From Escherichia coli (lineage in GTDB: Bacteria; Pseudomonadota; Gammaproteobacteria; Enterobacterales; Enterobacteriaceae), in NCBI RefSeq assembly GCF_011045215.1, contig NZ_CP049201.1: a DNA stretch of 64,000 bases, one strand, 5' to 3'. The position numbers and the translations under genes were made by a program. Position 1 is the first letter of the stretch, and each line of letters opens with the position of its first letter. Positions 50,824 to 60,162 of this stretch are shown one piece after another. The notes under the pieces are model-generated. The model was given only the letters and a program-made list of their open reading frames with translations. It searched no databases and was not told the DNA's origin.

Positions 50824-51238
50824 CCCACCGGAATTTTTTTCCGGTTACGCTTTGCCCACCAGCCGCAAATGTGGCATTGTTGGCTATGCTCATGCGTTGG
50901 GGATAACGCGCAATTAGTGTTGAAGGGCCACCGTAGCGGGTGGCCTTTGTTTTGCCTGTTATCCGGCAATTGTGGCGCTTCGCCACACGGTTGATATAAT
51001 CCTCCTGCACAGATTCATTTTTTGCGCAGCAGGTTAATTGTTCGCAAGGGCGCTCCGGCAACTGGGCGCTTTTTGTTTTTACCCACCAGCACAATAAAAA
51101 TCTTCATTTTCCATTTTTGCAAAATTTCATGCTTTCCGGACGACTGGCCATATGTCATTTTTTAGCAGAAGATTTTGCCTTGCTGGTGGGTAGCTTCCCG
51201 GTTAACACGATGTACCGTATAATCAGCACCGCACGCGG

Positions 51239-51820
51239 TTACTGAATACGCTCACCAAAGTAAAACTCAGGCTGATATTCACGTATCAGCCTTTTTTCTT
51301 CTTCCTCCAGCTCACGCTTTTTGCGCTTACATGCCTGTAGTTCCCTCCCCTTCTCGCTGGCACTTATCTGGTATTGCTCTTTGCGACGGGAAAAATCCTG
51401 TAATGCGCCCCACGGGATACCATAAGCCCCCGTTTTTCTGATACCCGGTATCACATTTCTGAATACCCAGTTACTGAAACGATGGGCGAACGTGCCAGGA
51501 GTAGCAGCTTTTCGACTTCTGGCAATCAGCTTGTAAAAACCAGATTCAGAAACGACGCTATGATTTGGATTTCCGCGAATACCGTAAGTTAAAGTTACGG
51601 TATTACTTTCATCATCATCCAGAGCTTGCAACGCCATGCGTGAATTAGTCAGTTCCAGCGCAGCGCAGACATCCTTTGCAACAAACCACGGATCGCCGTT
51701 CAGATACACCACGCGAACGTTCACACTATCAAAGCGCAGAACGACCAGATCACGAATATCACAGAATTTTTTCACTGGACGTGCGTCACCCTTGCCAGTC
51801 ACGGCAATATTTTTATTCAT
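51239..51820 (-). CDS. Bro-N domain protein (antirepressor-like)
   Basis: DIRDLVVLRFDSVNVRVVYLNGDPWFVAKDVCAALEL...GFYKLI..S....A..F..WV fits Bro-N. Confidence 0.7.
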   Translation of the reverse strand: MNKNIAVTGKGDARPVKKFCDIRDLVVLRFDSVNVRVVYLNGDPWFVAKDVCAALELTNSRMALQALDDDESNTVTLTYGIRGNPNHSVVSESGFYKLIARSRKAATPGTFAHRFSNWVFRNVIPGIRKTGAYGIPWGALQDFSRRKEQYQISASEKGRELQACKRKKRELEEEEKRLIREYQPEFYFGERIQ

Positions 51821-51870
51821 CGCTTTTTACCTCACATACAAAAAACCCCGCATTGCGCGGGGTATATCAA

Positions 51871-52080
51871 TCATTGACGATATTCATTAGCTTGTTTTCG
51901 TTGTCTTTCCAGCCACGATGCAACATCATCACGATGCCATGCGTTGCGTCGCCCAATCTTAAAGGGGCGTGGAAATTTATTTTTTTCATCATTCATGAAA
52001 GCGTAAAATGCACTCATTGCACCGTAGCGAAGCTCTGCCATCACGTCTTTGGTAAATAGAATATTGCCGTTAGTGCTCAT
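51871..52080 (-). CDS. AlpA-family regulator / excisionase-like protein
   Basis: 69-aa ORF immediately downstream of integrase, HTH-like core. Confidence 0.65.
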   Translation of the reverse strand: MSTNGNILFTKDVMAELRYGAMSAFYAFMNDEKNKFPRPFKIGRRNAWHRDDVASWLERQRKQANEYRQ

Positions 52081-52086
52081 ATTGCC

Positions 52087-53319
52087 TCACATATTCACTA
52101 CTTTTAGCCCCTGATGACCACCAGAACGACGGATAATTCCCTTTCTGGCATCATCAACAAAATCACCAATCCATTGCATCATGATCTTACGTTGCTCAAA
52201 ATATTTTGAGCGATTATAAATATCACGAATAGCATCGCCGCTTTTATGGGCTAATGCTGCCTCAATAACATCTGGGTTAAACCCTTCTTCGTTGAGTAAC
52301 GTACTCCACATAGCCCGGAATCCGTGGGCAGTTGCAATACCATAAAATTGTCCATCTTTGAAACACTTATGACGCAACACGCTTGATATAGCTTTCCCCG
52401 GATTCTTTGGAGAAAAAAATATATAGCTACCACATTTTATTTTATTCATTTCATTTAAAATATCCACGGCTTGCCGTGAAAGCGGAACTACGTGTTCACG
52501 TCCACACTTCATTCTTTCAGGGGGAATTGTCCAGATACAATTTTCTAAATCAATTTCCTCCCATTTTGCCTCCCTTGCTTCACATGGTCGTACCATAGTG
52601 AAAATCTGGAACAAAAGAGAGCATCTTATAGAGATATTACTTGTAGTATCCCACCAGTTCAAAAATTCTGATAACAGTTCAACTGGTAATGCCTTTAATG
52701 GGGTATGTTTTTTTGTTGCAAATGCATTTCTTATTGTTGATAGCGGGTTATTTTTAATTACTCCAGAGTTAACACAGTAATTCATTATTTCATTAATTTT
52801 TGAAATAATTTTATCCAATACAGAATTACGATCAGAAAATTGATTAAGCAATGGTATGACCACAGGCGCGGTCATATCATGTATGTACACATTTCCAAAT
52901 ACAGGGATTATATGTCTGTTCAATAACTCTTCTATTGTCTGTAAAGTCGACAGTCGCAAATCACCTTTTTTCTTAAAATTAAACCATTCAATTGCAATAG
53001 CACCAAACGTCTGTAAGTGCTTTCTTTTAGCCTCGAGTCGTTTTTCTGCCCGGTATGATAACGGATCTATATCCCGTGCCAACAATCTGCGCAGATTATC
53101 GCGTTCTTCTCTGGCTTCAACCAGCGTGAAATCGGGGTATCGCCCTATAGTGTATGTTTGCCGCTTCTTCGTAAAAGGTTGTACATAACGAAAACGCCAC
53201 GATTTACTACCGGCTTTTGACACATAAAGCAAAAGCCCAAACCCATCATATAGAGCGTAATCTTTCTCTCGTGGCCTGGCGCTTTTTACCTCTGATGCAG
53301 TAAGAGGCTTCACCGACAT
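52087..53319 (-). CDS. Tyrosine recombinase, P4-type integrase
   Basis: ORF track 52087..53418; start taken at MSVKPLTASEVKSARPREKDYALYDGFGLLLYVSKAGSKSWRFRY (ATG 53319); C-terminal catalytic region with HGFR and Y. Confidence 0.85.
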   Translation of the reverse strand: MSVKPLTASEVKSARPREKDYALYDGFGLLLYVSKAGSKSWRFRYVQPFTKKRQTYTIGRYPDFTLVEAREERDNLRRLLARDIDPLSYRAEKRLEAKRKHLQTFGAIAIEWFNFKKKGDLRLSTLQTIEELLNRHIIPVFGNVYIHDMTAPVVIPLLNQFSDRNSVLDKIISKINEIMNYCVNSGVIKNNPLSTIRNAFATKKHTPLKALPVELLSEFLNWWDTTSNISIRCSLLFQIFTMVRPCEAREAKWEEIDLENCIWTIPPERMKCGREHVVPLSRQAVDILNEMNKIKCGSYIFFSPKNPGKAISSVLRHKCFKDGQFYGIATAHGFRAMWSTLLNEEGFNPDVIEAALAHKSGDAIRDIYNRSKYFEQRKIMMQWIGDFVDDARKGIIRRSGGHQGLKVVNM

Positions 53320-53492
53320 ACAAGCACTCCAATACAAATTTTTTCTAGTCCATGCGCTGGTTCCTTTTGCCAGAATACTGGCGATAAAAAAGCGAAAAAC
53401 AAGGAACAATGCACACAATGAAAAAACCGCAACTTATTGAATAAGAAGAAAAACAAAAAGAAACGGTAACGAAAGATAATGATTGCATAGTC

Positions 53493-53501
53493 CAAAAGAG
53501 A
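53493..53501. repeat. Right copy of 9-bp direct repeat CAAAAGAGA (putative att core)
   Basis: Identical to 42340-42348; about 170 bp from the integrase start. Confidence 0.5.
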
Positions 53502-53898
53502 CACGGAAAACGATGTAGTCGTCCAGCAGTCGGTCGAAGGTATCCACCTCAGCATCAATAAAAACCGCCGGATCAACGTTATCCAGCCCGAACGTGGCTC
53601 CATCAATCCAGTCAGATAAATCCATTGCCAGACAGCGGGCAAATATCTGCGGTTTTGGCACGTTTTCCGTCTTTCCGGCCCGATCAGTCACCACAAACAG
53701 ATCGCATTTCAGCGTGACCCGTGTCTGCCCGTCGGCAAACTGAGCCTTGTCCCAGCCGGGTACATCCACAAACACGGCAGGCGTCACCAGTTGCGTCACT
53801 TTTTCCGGGTACTCATCGGCATCTTCCACCCAGGGAATTTGTTTCAGACTGTCAATCACTGCCTGATGCCAGGTTCCCATCATCAATGGTTCCATCAT
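53501..53898 (-). pseudogene. 5' fragment of the split tail-completion gene
   Basis: ORF 53434..53898 reads a coherent protein to ...DDYIVFRVSF then a hydrophobic nonsense tail (GLCNHYLSLPFLFVFLLIQ) encoded by element sequence; frame at the junction matches the fragment at 42179..42339. Confidence 0.55.
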
Positions 53899-54617
53899 TC
53901 CATCCCCTTAAATACCCGGAATTTCAGTTCATGCTCAAAATTTTTCAGGATCAGTGCTTCCGCATCAGGGAAAACAAAATCCTCTATACGGTTCAGCATG
54001 GCTTCATAAATATCAATTTCCGCTTCGCGCACCCTTCGTCGTCCGGATGCCTGCCGGACCAGTACCGTCTTACGTCGTGAAATGCGTCCGCGCCGGTTTT
54101 CAGACTCAAACTCATTAACAAAAGCCTCGTCACCTGACCAGGTGGTGACCGGTATTGCCTCCCCGGCGGGCTTAAAACGTATCTCCGGCGCTTTCCTGCG
54201 ACGGGAAGCCGGTGCAAAACGCCCCCGTTCATCACGCAGCTGATGGCGTTCACCGCGTCGCCCCCCACTGATGCGTCCGCGCAGATCACGCACTTTGATG
54301 GCGTTCAGGCCGAACCACACCTTTACCTCATCAAACTCATCGCCATTTCGACGAATGATAAAAGCATTCAGGACACGTTTTTTGATCATTTTCTGGCTGC
54401 GTGGCGCAACCTGTTTTTTAAACTCTGCCATGGCCTTCATCCGCAGTGCGGACGCGGCTCTTTTCAGCGCCACGCCCCAGGCTTTACGGATCTGGCTTTT
54501 TGAACCACCCAGTTTAGCGATAATTTTCAGCACATCATCCTCGTCAATATCGACGACGAGGTTTCGTGCCAGCCGTCGCTGCCGGACAGTGCTTCGTTCA
54601 TGCTCTCTGACTGTCAT
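53895..54617 (-). CDS. Putative head-tail joining / virion morphogenesis protein
   Basis: ORF track 53895..54677; start taken at MTVREHERSTVRQ (ATG 54617); between FII-like and tail-completion genes; family not recognised. Confidence 0.45.
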   Translation of the reverse strand: MTVREHERSTVRQRRLARNLVVDIDEDDVLKIIAKLGGSKSQIRKAWGVALKRAASALRMKAMAEFKKQVAPRSQKMIKKRVLNAFIIRRNGDEFDEVKVWFGLNAIKVRDLRGRISGGRRGERHQLRDERGRFAPASRRRKAPEIRFKPAGEAIPVTTWSGDEAFVNEFESENRRGRISRRKTVLVRQASGRRRVREAEIDIYEAMLNRIEDFVFPDAEALILKNFEHELKFRVFKGME

Positions 54618-55005
54618 AACGTTTACTCGGTCGGACAGGGGCGGCGGGTGTACTTCTTCCGGGTTCTCCCCGCGCAAGAGTAATGGTAATCACACCATGA
54701 CCCGCAGTGCCTGACTCATCCCAGCCAGGATCGACCACCTGGTAGGGTTCGCCGTGGATCATGACCCTGTCATATTTTTTCAGTCCGGCAACCCATGCGC
54801 TCCGGGTAAATAACACCGGTGCAGTATCACGAATTTCGCCGCTGCCAGTGTTCATCCCGGTGTTATCTGCCGGGGCATCAAAAACAGCACGGATTTTTCT
54901 TTCCGTGCCGCCCGGATATATGCTGATTTCCGTCCCCATCGTATCCAGGATGATGTCATCCGCATCACTCATGGCCTGATCGAACAGATTATCGGACATC
55001 ATCAC
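54598..55005 (-). CDS. Head-tail joining protein (lambda FII-like)
   Basis: 135-aa ORF; NLFDQAMSDADDIILDTMG resembles recalled lambda FII N-terminus; ATGA overlap with FI. Confidence 0.65.
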   Translation of the reverse strand: MMMSDNLFDQAMSDADDIILDTMGTEISIYPGGTERKIRAVFDAPADNTGMNTGSGEIRDTAPVLFTRSAWVAGLKKYDRVMIHGEPYQVVDPGWDESGTAGHGVITITLARGEPGRSTPAAPVRPSKRYDSQRA

Positions 55006-55388
55006 TCCCGGATTTTTTCTGCCAGACCATCCGCCAGCAACGCAGGAACTGTGGCTTCATTAACCAGCACAACACTGGAGGCCCGGGCGAACATCAACAT
55101 TTTGCCCGTCACCGCATCACGGGACGGCATATGTGCCGTTTTCAGCATGCGCACCCGAACGAGTCCCCGCTCAGAATACACCTCATTACGGGCATCCCCT
55201 CCGGATGCATCACGCTGTTCATCATGCACATCATCCTGTTCTGTCCCTTCCCCATCGAATCCGGCGGCCTCCTCTTCCCATTCCGCCAGGCGCTGTTCAA
55301 GATCGGCTTTTGAACCTGAAATATCTGCTTCACGCCCCAGAATCTCTGCCAGCTCCTGCAGGCGTTCAGTCATCTGCTCTTTTGTCAT
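55002..55388 (-). CDS. DNA packaging protein (lambda FI-like)
   Basis: ORF track 55002..55520; start taken at MTKEQMTERLQELAEILGREADISGSK (ATG 55386-55388); resembles recalled lambda FI. Confidence 0.65.
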   Translation of the reverse strand: MTKEQMTERLQELAEILGREADISGSKADLEQRLAEWEEEAAGFDGEGTEQDDVHDEQRDASGGDARNEVYSERGLVRVRMLKTAHMPSRDAVTGKMLMFARASSVVLVNEATVPALLADGLAEKIRE

Positions 55389-55438
55389 CACATTTCTCCC
55401 GTGCGATAAAGAAAAAGGCGGGAATATCCCGCCTGACC

Positions 55439-56467
55439 TTATTTCACCTGAACCACCACAAACGCGTCCGGATCCGGCAACACCATCAACGGCGCAGACT
55501 GCGTCATGGTATATTCGCACCCCGGGTCCCCCACCTCTAACCAGTGTTTCGGATAACGAATTGCAGAGGTGATCCCTTCACTCAGCGCCTGGTTATCCTG
55601 GATTGCGCCATAACAACGGACACCCTCCACCTGAGTGTTTCCAAGAATCAGTGTGCCTTCCGGCAGATAACGCTGCTCATCCCCGTTTTCATCAACATAC
55701 GTTGTTTTCGCCACCATGATGGCCAGATCACCGTAATAACCTTTAAAAGAAACCACGGAACCCAGATCTTTCAGCGCGGTTTCCAGTTCAGATTTTGAGC
55801 CACGGCGGGTATCCAGTTTTTCACGAAACAGCTTAAAACCGTTCAGCATACGCCAGACAGTACCGTCCATAATCGCAATATTGATGGTACCGGAAGCAAA
55901 ATCGCAGTACGCATCCAGATCATGCGTCGGATCAAAGGTGTCAGCATTCTGTTTTGACCATTCGCGTCCCCCTGCCTGCGTTATGTTATTGGCGGCAGAA
56001 CGTCCAAAATCCACTTCCACCGTCTCAAACTGTTCACCGCTCATGGTGTACTTACCCTGCAGAACAGCGCTGACCGCCTGCATTTCTTCCACCTGCACAA
56101 TCGCCTGCTCTTCCTGTTTCAGGTTATCAGTCAGAATACGCAGGCGACGGTAGGCCGGGTCATTAAGACGGGCCGGATCTTCCCCCGGAAGACGCTCCAC
56201 CGCCTGCTGATAATCCAGCCGGTGTTTTGGTTTAACATAGCCGGGGCGTAACACGCGGGTTTCACCACCACGACTGCGCAGTACCTTACCTGACACAACC
56301 GGAGACACATATGCCGCAACCGGTGTTTTTCCGGTGATTTTATCCAGCATCACTTCCTGAGTATGGAAAGTGACCGTACGACGAAAAAACAGCTCCAGAA
56401 ACAGCGCACGGAATTTCACTTTCTGCTCGGTGTAGCCGAGCAACTGACGCGTGGTAAATAACCCCAT
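55439..56467 (-). CDS. Major capsid protein (lambda gpE-like)
   Basis: ORF track 55439..56506; start taken at MGLFTTRQLLG (ATG 56467, RBS GGAAAG); long stretches match recalled lambda E (PIVSG.V.RSRGG, PGYVKPKH, VEEMQAVSAVL.GKYTM.GE.F, KLDTRRGS.SELETA.KDLG). Confidence 0.9.
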   Translation of the reverse strand: MGLFTTRQLLGYTEQKVKFRALFLELFFRRTVTFHTQEVMLDKITGKTPVAAYVSPVVSGKVLRSRGGETRVLRPGYVKPKHRLDYQQAVERLPGEDPARLNDPAYRRLRILTDNLKQEEQAIVQVEEMQAVSAVLQGKYTMSGEQFETVEVDFGRSAANNITQAGGREWSKQNADTFDPTHDLDAYCDFASGTINIAIMDGTVWRMLNGFKLFREKLDTRRGSKSELETALKDLGSVVSFKGYYGDLAIMVAKTTYVDENGDEQRYLPEGTLILGNTQVEGVRCYGAIQDNQALSEGITSAIRYPKHWLEVGDPGCEYTMTQSAPLMVLPDPDAFVVVQVK

Positions 56468-56537
56468 AATTGACTTTCCTTTAAAAACACAAACGAACCG
56501 CATCACGACCCGTTTTTTTCAGTTAATCACTTCACCA

Positions 56538-56873
56538 TCAGGCGTGGCTGATGGCACTTCCCACAAACGCGTTGGCTTTTTTCACCGCATCCACCGAATC
56601 CGGCCAGACCAGCGATTCGGTGGCAAACGTACCGCTTTTGTAGTACGTCAGTGTGGGCTCGGTCCCGGCCAGCGCCAGTGCCAGTACCCCCACAGCCGTT
56701 CCGGCTTTCTGACCATCCCATGCCACCAGTTTTCCGCTGGCGTCATCCAGCATCAGTGGCGTCAGTGAAGGCGTGGCAACACTGATACCGCTGGTACCTG
56801 TTGCGGTATACACCGGATCGCTTCCGGCAAAAATGCGCCCGTCCGCACGCTTTTCTGTGGTGGTTTTAATCAT
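56538..56873 (-). CDS. Head decoration protein (lambda gpD-like)
   Basis: ORF track 56538..56903; start taken at MIKTTTEKRADG (ATG 56873); TPLMLDDASGKLVAWDG...YYKSGTF...WPD matches recalled lambda D. Confidence 0.85.
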   Translation of the reverse strand: MIKTTTEKRADGRIFAGSDPVYTATGTSGISVATPSLTPLMLDDASGKLVAWDGQKAGTAVGVLALALAGTEPTLTYYKSGTFATESLVWPDSVDAVKKANAFVGSAISHA

Positions 56874-56913
56874 TTTCTCAGTCTCCTGATTTATCTGAAT
56901 CACGGATCCCCGC

Positions 56914-58395
56914 TTACGGCATACTCATCAGCAGTTCTTCTTCCCCGTTCCCGGCAGTTCCGCCACCGGAAACGGCACTGGCGGCATGCTGTGCCATGAA
57001 GCGCTCAAAAAGTGTTACCTGTGACGGTTGCGATACTGATGGCGCAGCTGCCAGCAGTGTTTTCGCCTGGTCCACTGTCATTCCCGGCTGTTCAGCCAGC
57101 GCCTGTGCCAGTTTTTCGCGTCCTTTTGCTTCCGGAAGTGCCATTATCTGCTCGCCGGTACTTGCCGCACCGGTTGCCGGTGCCGCTGCCAGTAACATTT
57201 TCGCCTGTTCCACCGTCATTCCCGGCTGTTCAGCCAGCGTCCGTGCCAGTTGTTCACGCCCTTTTGCTTCCGGAAGTGCCACAATCTGATCGCCAGTACT
57301 GTCAGTACCGGCAACCGGTGCCGCTGCCAGTAACGTTTTCGCCTGCTCAACTGACATTCCCTGCTGACCTGCCAGCATCTGCGCCAGTTTTTCGCGTCCT
57401 TTCGCCTCCTGACAATTCAGGATCCCCATCACGCGCTGATTTTCCTGGGACACCGCTTCAGCAACGGTGAGATTTTTTGTTGTCATCGTATTCTCCTGTG
57501 TAACAGAGTCGTTCAGAGCAGAAACCATTACATCAACGGCATCTGCAGCATTAATCAGTTGATCAGCCAGGCCTGTATCAATGCCTGCCTGACCGTCATA
57601 AACGGCAGCCTCGGTATTCATCACCACCTCTGAACTCAGCCCCGTATAAAGTGCCACCTTGTCGACAAACATCCGGCGGGCCTCATCAATACGGCGCTGA
57701 AAATCCGCACGCACACCTGTCGGCAACGCCTGAATACTGTTGCCGTCAACCTTGTGCTGCCCGGAGTAAATCAGCGTGATATCCACCCCTTCCTGTGCCA
57801 GTTGTTTCTCATAACTGATGTGCGCCATCATCACACCAATCGAACCAATTTTTGCCGTCTGCGTGACCAGCCGACGCGTACAGGCTGCCGCCAGCAACAT
57901 GGCGGCTGAACAGGCCATGTCATTACACAGCGCCCACACGGGCTTCTGTTCCCGCAGACGGTAAATCATGTCAGCACAGTCAAACGCCCCGGCAGCCTGA
58001 CCGCCAGGACTGTCGATATCCAGCAAAATACCGCGCACATCCGGATCATTCACCGCCAGCTGAAGACGGGCGGTAAGACCGTCATAGCCTGTCATGCCAG
58101 AGTAAGGCCTCAGGGTACCCATTTTATGTACCAGCGTGCCGCTCACCGGCAGAATGGCGATGCCATTTTTCACCTGATAGCATTTTTCAGGACGCCGGCC
58201 ACCAGACATATAGTCCGCCACCGCCAGTTGCATACCGTCGGCATCAAGCTGAACATCCAGTTGCGGAACGGAAAGACTGCCCGCCCCCATCTCCTTACCC
58301 AGCGCGCAAAAGAAAACCCGCGCATAGGCGGGTTCCAGTAAAAGCGGTTCATTAAATGCCATGGCGGCAATATGCGATAAATTACGACGCATCAC
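56914..58395 (-). CDS. Head maturation protease / scaffold (lambda gpC-like, S49 peptidase) with triplicated C-terminal repeat
   Basis: N-terminus ...NLSHIAAMAFNEPLLLEPAYARVFFCAL matches recalled lambda C; C-terminal region has three tandem copies of an ~46-aa unit. Confidence 0.85.
   Translation of the reverse strand: MMRRNLSHIAAMAFNEPLLLEPAYARVFFCALGKEMGAGSLSVPQLDVQLDADGMQLAVADYMSGGRRPEKCYQVKNGIAILPVSGTLVHKMGTLRPYSGMTGYDGLTARLQLAVNDPDVRGILLDIDSPGGQAAGAFDCADMIYRLREQKPVWALCNDMACSAAMLLAAACTRRLVTQTAKIGSIGVMMAHISYEKQLAQEGVDITLIYSGQHKVDGNSIQALPTGVRADFQRRIDEARRMFVDKVALYTGLSSEVVMNTEAAVYDGQAGIDTGLADQLINAADAVDVMVSALNDSVTQENTMTTKNLTVAEAVSQENQRVMGILNCQEAKGREKLAQMLAGQQGMSVEQAKTLLAAAPVAGTDSTGDQIVALPEAKGREQLARTLAEQPGMTVEQAKMLLAAAPATGAASTGEQIMALPEAKGREKLAQALAEQPGMTVDQAKTLLAAAPSVSQPSQVTLFERFMAQHAASAVSGGGTAGNGEEELLMSMP
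57040..57406. repeat. Tandem repeat, about 138 bp x 2.7, inside the gpC-like gene
   Basis: Protein units EAKGRE(K/Q)LA..LA.Q.GM(S/T)V(E/D)QAK.LLAAAP...STG.QI.ALP repeated; DNA motif ...GTGCCAGTTTTTCGCG..TTTTGCTTCCGGAAGTGCCA recurs at about 138-bp period. Confidence 0.7.
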
Positions 58396-59953
58396 CTTTT
58401 TCTCCCGTTGTCTGACGGATCTGCTGCTGAAACGCGTCCTTTATCCAGACCGGACGCGGAAGACCGGCAGCCTGTCGCTCCTGAGTTTCCCGTAGCTGCT
58501 GGCGGAAAATCTCCTGATAGTCATCCCCCATCAGGGCCAGCTCTTTCTCGTATGTACTCAGGCCGCCTTCAATGCGCATCACCGCTTCCTGCACTTCCTT
58601 AAGGCCATCAATCGCCATACGACCGGCACCAATCCACTCGGCACGGCACCACCCGGAACGGGCCTCCCAGAATGAGAAACGGGATTTCGGCGGACGGATC
58701 ACACCACGAATAAGGGCTTCCTCCAGCCAGCAGGCAAACATCTGTGACGCCAGGCGACTGGCCACAAATTTTCGTTTTCCCATAAAATACCGCCACGACT
58801 CATTGGCGGATGCCCTGGCACTGGAATAACTGACCTGTGAATAATCACGGGAAAGCTGCTCATAGGACACGCCCAGTCCGGCAGCTATGTAACGTAACAG
58901 CGCCTTTTCCAGTTCAGAAAAACCATTATCCGCATTCTGGGCTGTCTGCAGATTCAGTGAATCTCCCGGGTAAAGATGCGGAATACGGACCCCGCCCAGT
59001 TTTACCGTATTGGTGGCGTAATAACGCGCGTAGCCTTTCATGATGGTGTTCAGGGGATTTTTACCTCCATCTCCCACTCCGGCGATATATTCAAACGCTT
59101 TTTCCGAATCCAGTGTGGATTCAATCGTCGCGGCGTACATCGCCCGCACCACCGCCGACTGCAGTTGCGTGGCCTGCAGTGTGTCGAGCATCTTGAGACG
59201 CTCCATGACGGAATAAAACTGGTTGGCCCCGCGCGTCTGCCCGTCTTCCTGTGGCTGAAACACATGGATCATTCCCGGTCTCCCGGAAGGCAGTGTTGCC
59301 GTAATTCGTGTCCATTTACTGACACCGTAGCCGGGCCAGCCATCATCCTGAACATGGTAGGCCAGCGCTTTTCCGTGTCGGTTTATTTCCACCCCGGCAC
59401 GCATAAAACGATCGCCGGTACCATAACCGGGTGTACTGACACGCTTCGGGCTGATGGTTTTGAATTTCGTCCGGAATAATGACGTGGATTCCGCATCCCA
59501 TACGGGCTGGACAAAAATTTCACCGTTAAACGTATGGACCCCCACCCCTTCACGAATGAATTCGGTAAACGAACGACGTCCTTCCACATCCATCGTACCA
59601 AACACCGGATCGCAGTATTCCATCCACGCAGCCTCAACATCTTCAATAAAAGCATGTGAATCTGCTTCCGACATCCCCAGCCAGCGCCAGTTGGGACGGT
59701 AACTCAGACGAAACATGTGCCCGACAATATGATCCTTATGAATTTCCACTGCATTCGATGCAATACCGTTGTTACGGACCAGATCATCCGCGCGGGCGTT
59801 ACCCAGATGAATGGAAGGTAAGAGCGCCACGTCGGCACTTTCCGGTGCAGGCAGCCATTCTGCCATTTGCCCACCGAACCCGGAACCACCACCAGAATAT
59901 CCCATGCTTTGCCGTAAAGGCTGCCCATGAATATCCACCAGTTCCCCGTTCAC
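58382..59953 (-). CDS. Portal protein (lambda gpB-like)
   Basis: 523-aa ORF; GGGSGFGGQ, LPGDSLNLQTAQ.DNG, LLRYIAAGLGVSYEQLSR, GRMAIDGLKEVQEAVM match recalled lambda B. Confidence 0.9.
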   Translation of the reverse strand: MNGELVDIHGQPLRQSMGYSGGGSGFGGQMAEWLPAPESADVALLPSIHLGNARADDLVRNNGIASNAVEIHKDHIVGHMFRLSYRPNWRWLGMSEADSHAFIEDVEAAWMEYCDPVFGTMDVEGRRSFTEFIREGVGVHTFNGEIFVQPVWDAESTSLFRTKFKTISPKRVSTPGYGTGDRFMRAGVEINRHGKALAYHVQDDGWPGYGVSKWTRITATLPSGRPGMIHVFQPQEDGQTRGANQFYSVMERLKMLDTLQATQLQSAVVRAMYAATIESTLDSEKAFEYIAGVGDGGKNPLNTIMKGYARYYATNTVKLGGVRIPHLYPGDSLNLQTAQNADNGFSELEKALLRYIAAGLGVSYEQLSRDYSQVSYSSARASANESWRYFMGKRKFVASRLASQMFACWLEEALIRGVIRPPKSRFSFWEARSGWCRAEWIGAGRMAIDGLKEVQEAVMRIEGGLSTYEKELALMGDDYQEIFRQQLRETQERQAAGLPRPVWIKDAFQQQIRQTTGEKGDAS

Positions 59954-60159
59954 AGCCCCACTCCTGCCGGGCCACGACGCCGTCCGGATACACCCAGCGC
60001 ACTTTCCAGCTCTTCAATATACTGACGCAGTTCACCAATCGTCGCACGCGAATACTGAACCTGCCGTCCGTTCCTGCCGACAGAAACCACAGCACGCCCG
60101 ATCATCAGTTCATGTAATGCCCGACGCGCCTCGCAAAGCATTTCATGCGTATAAACCAT
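59950..60159 (-). CDS. Head-tail connector (lambda gpW-like)
   Basis: 69-aa ORF; ARRALHELMIGRAVVSV..GRQVQYSRATIGELRQYIEELE...RRRGPAG resembles recalled lambda W. Confidence 0.8.
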   Translation of the reverse strand: MVYTHEMLCEARRALHELMIGRAVVSVGRNGRQVQYSRATIGELRQYIEELESALGVSGRRRGPAGVGL

Positions 60160-60162
60160 CCT

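Larger units (their letters stand above)
42340..53492. mobile_element. Integrated satellite-like element (about 11.1 kb) with integrase, replication module, cos, TerS and capsid-protein paralogues
   Basis: Bounded by 9-bp direct repeats inside a split phage gene; gene content int-alpA-bro-RHH-helicase-iterons-ssb-capsid paralogues-cos-terS without portal, TerL or tail genes. Confidence 0.6.

Noticed and set aside
53320-53418. N-terminal 33 residues of the integrase track ORF
   Set aside because: Hydrophobic, non-conserved extension; the characteristic P4-type integrase N-terminus begins at the Met at 53319.
42340-53492. Alternative reading of the inserted element as a remnant of a second full prophage
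   Set aside because: The in-frame split of a single tail gene with identical 9-bp junction repeats, an integrase at one end, and a compact self-contained replication and packaging set favour a discrete integrated element. This cannot be fully excluded without comparative genomes.
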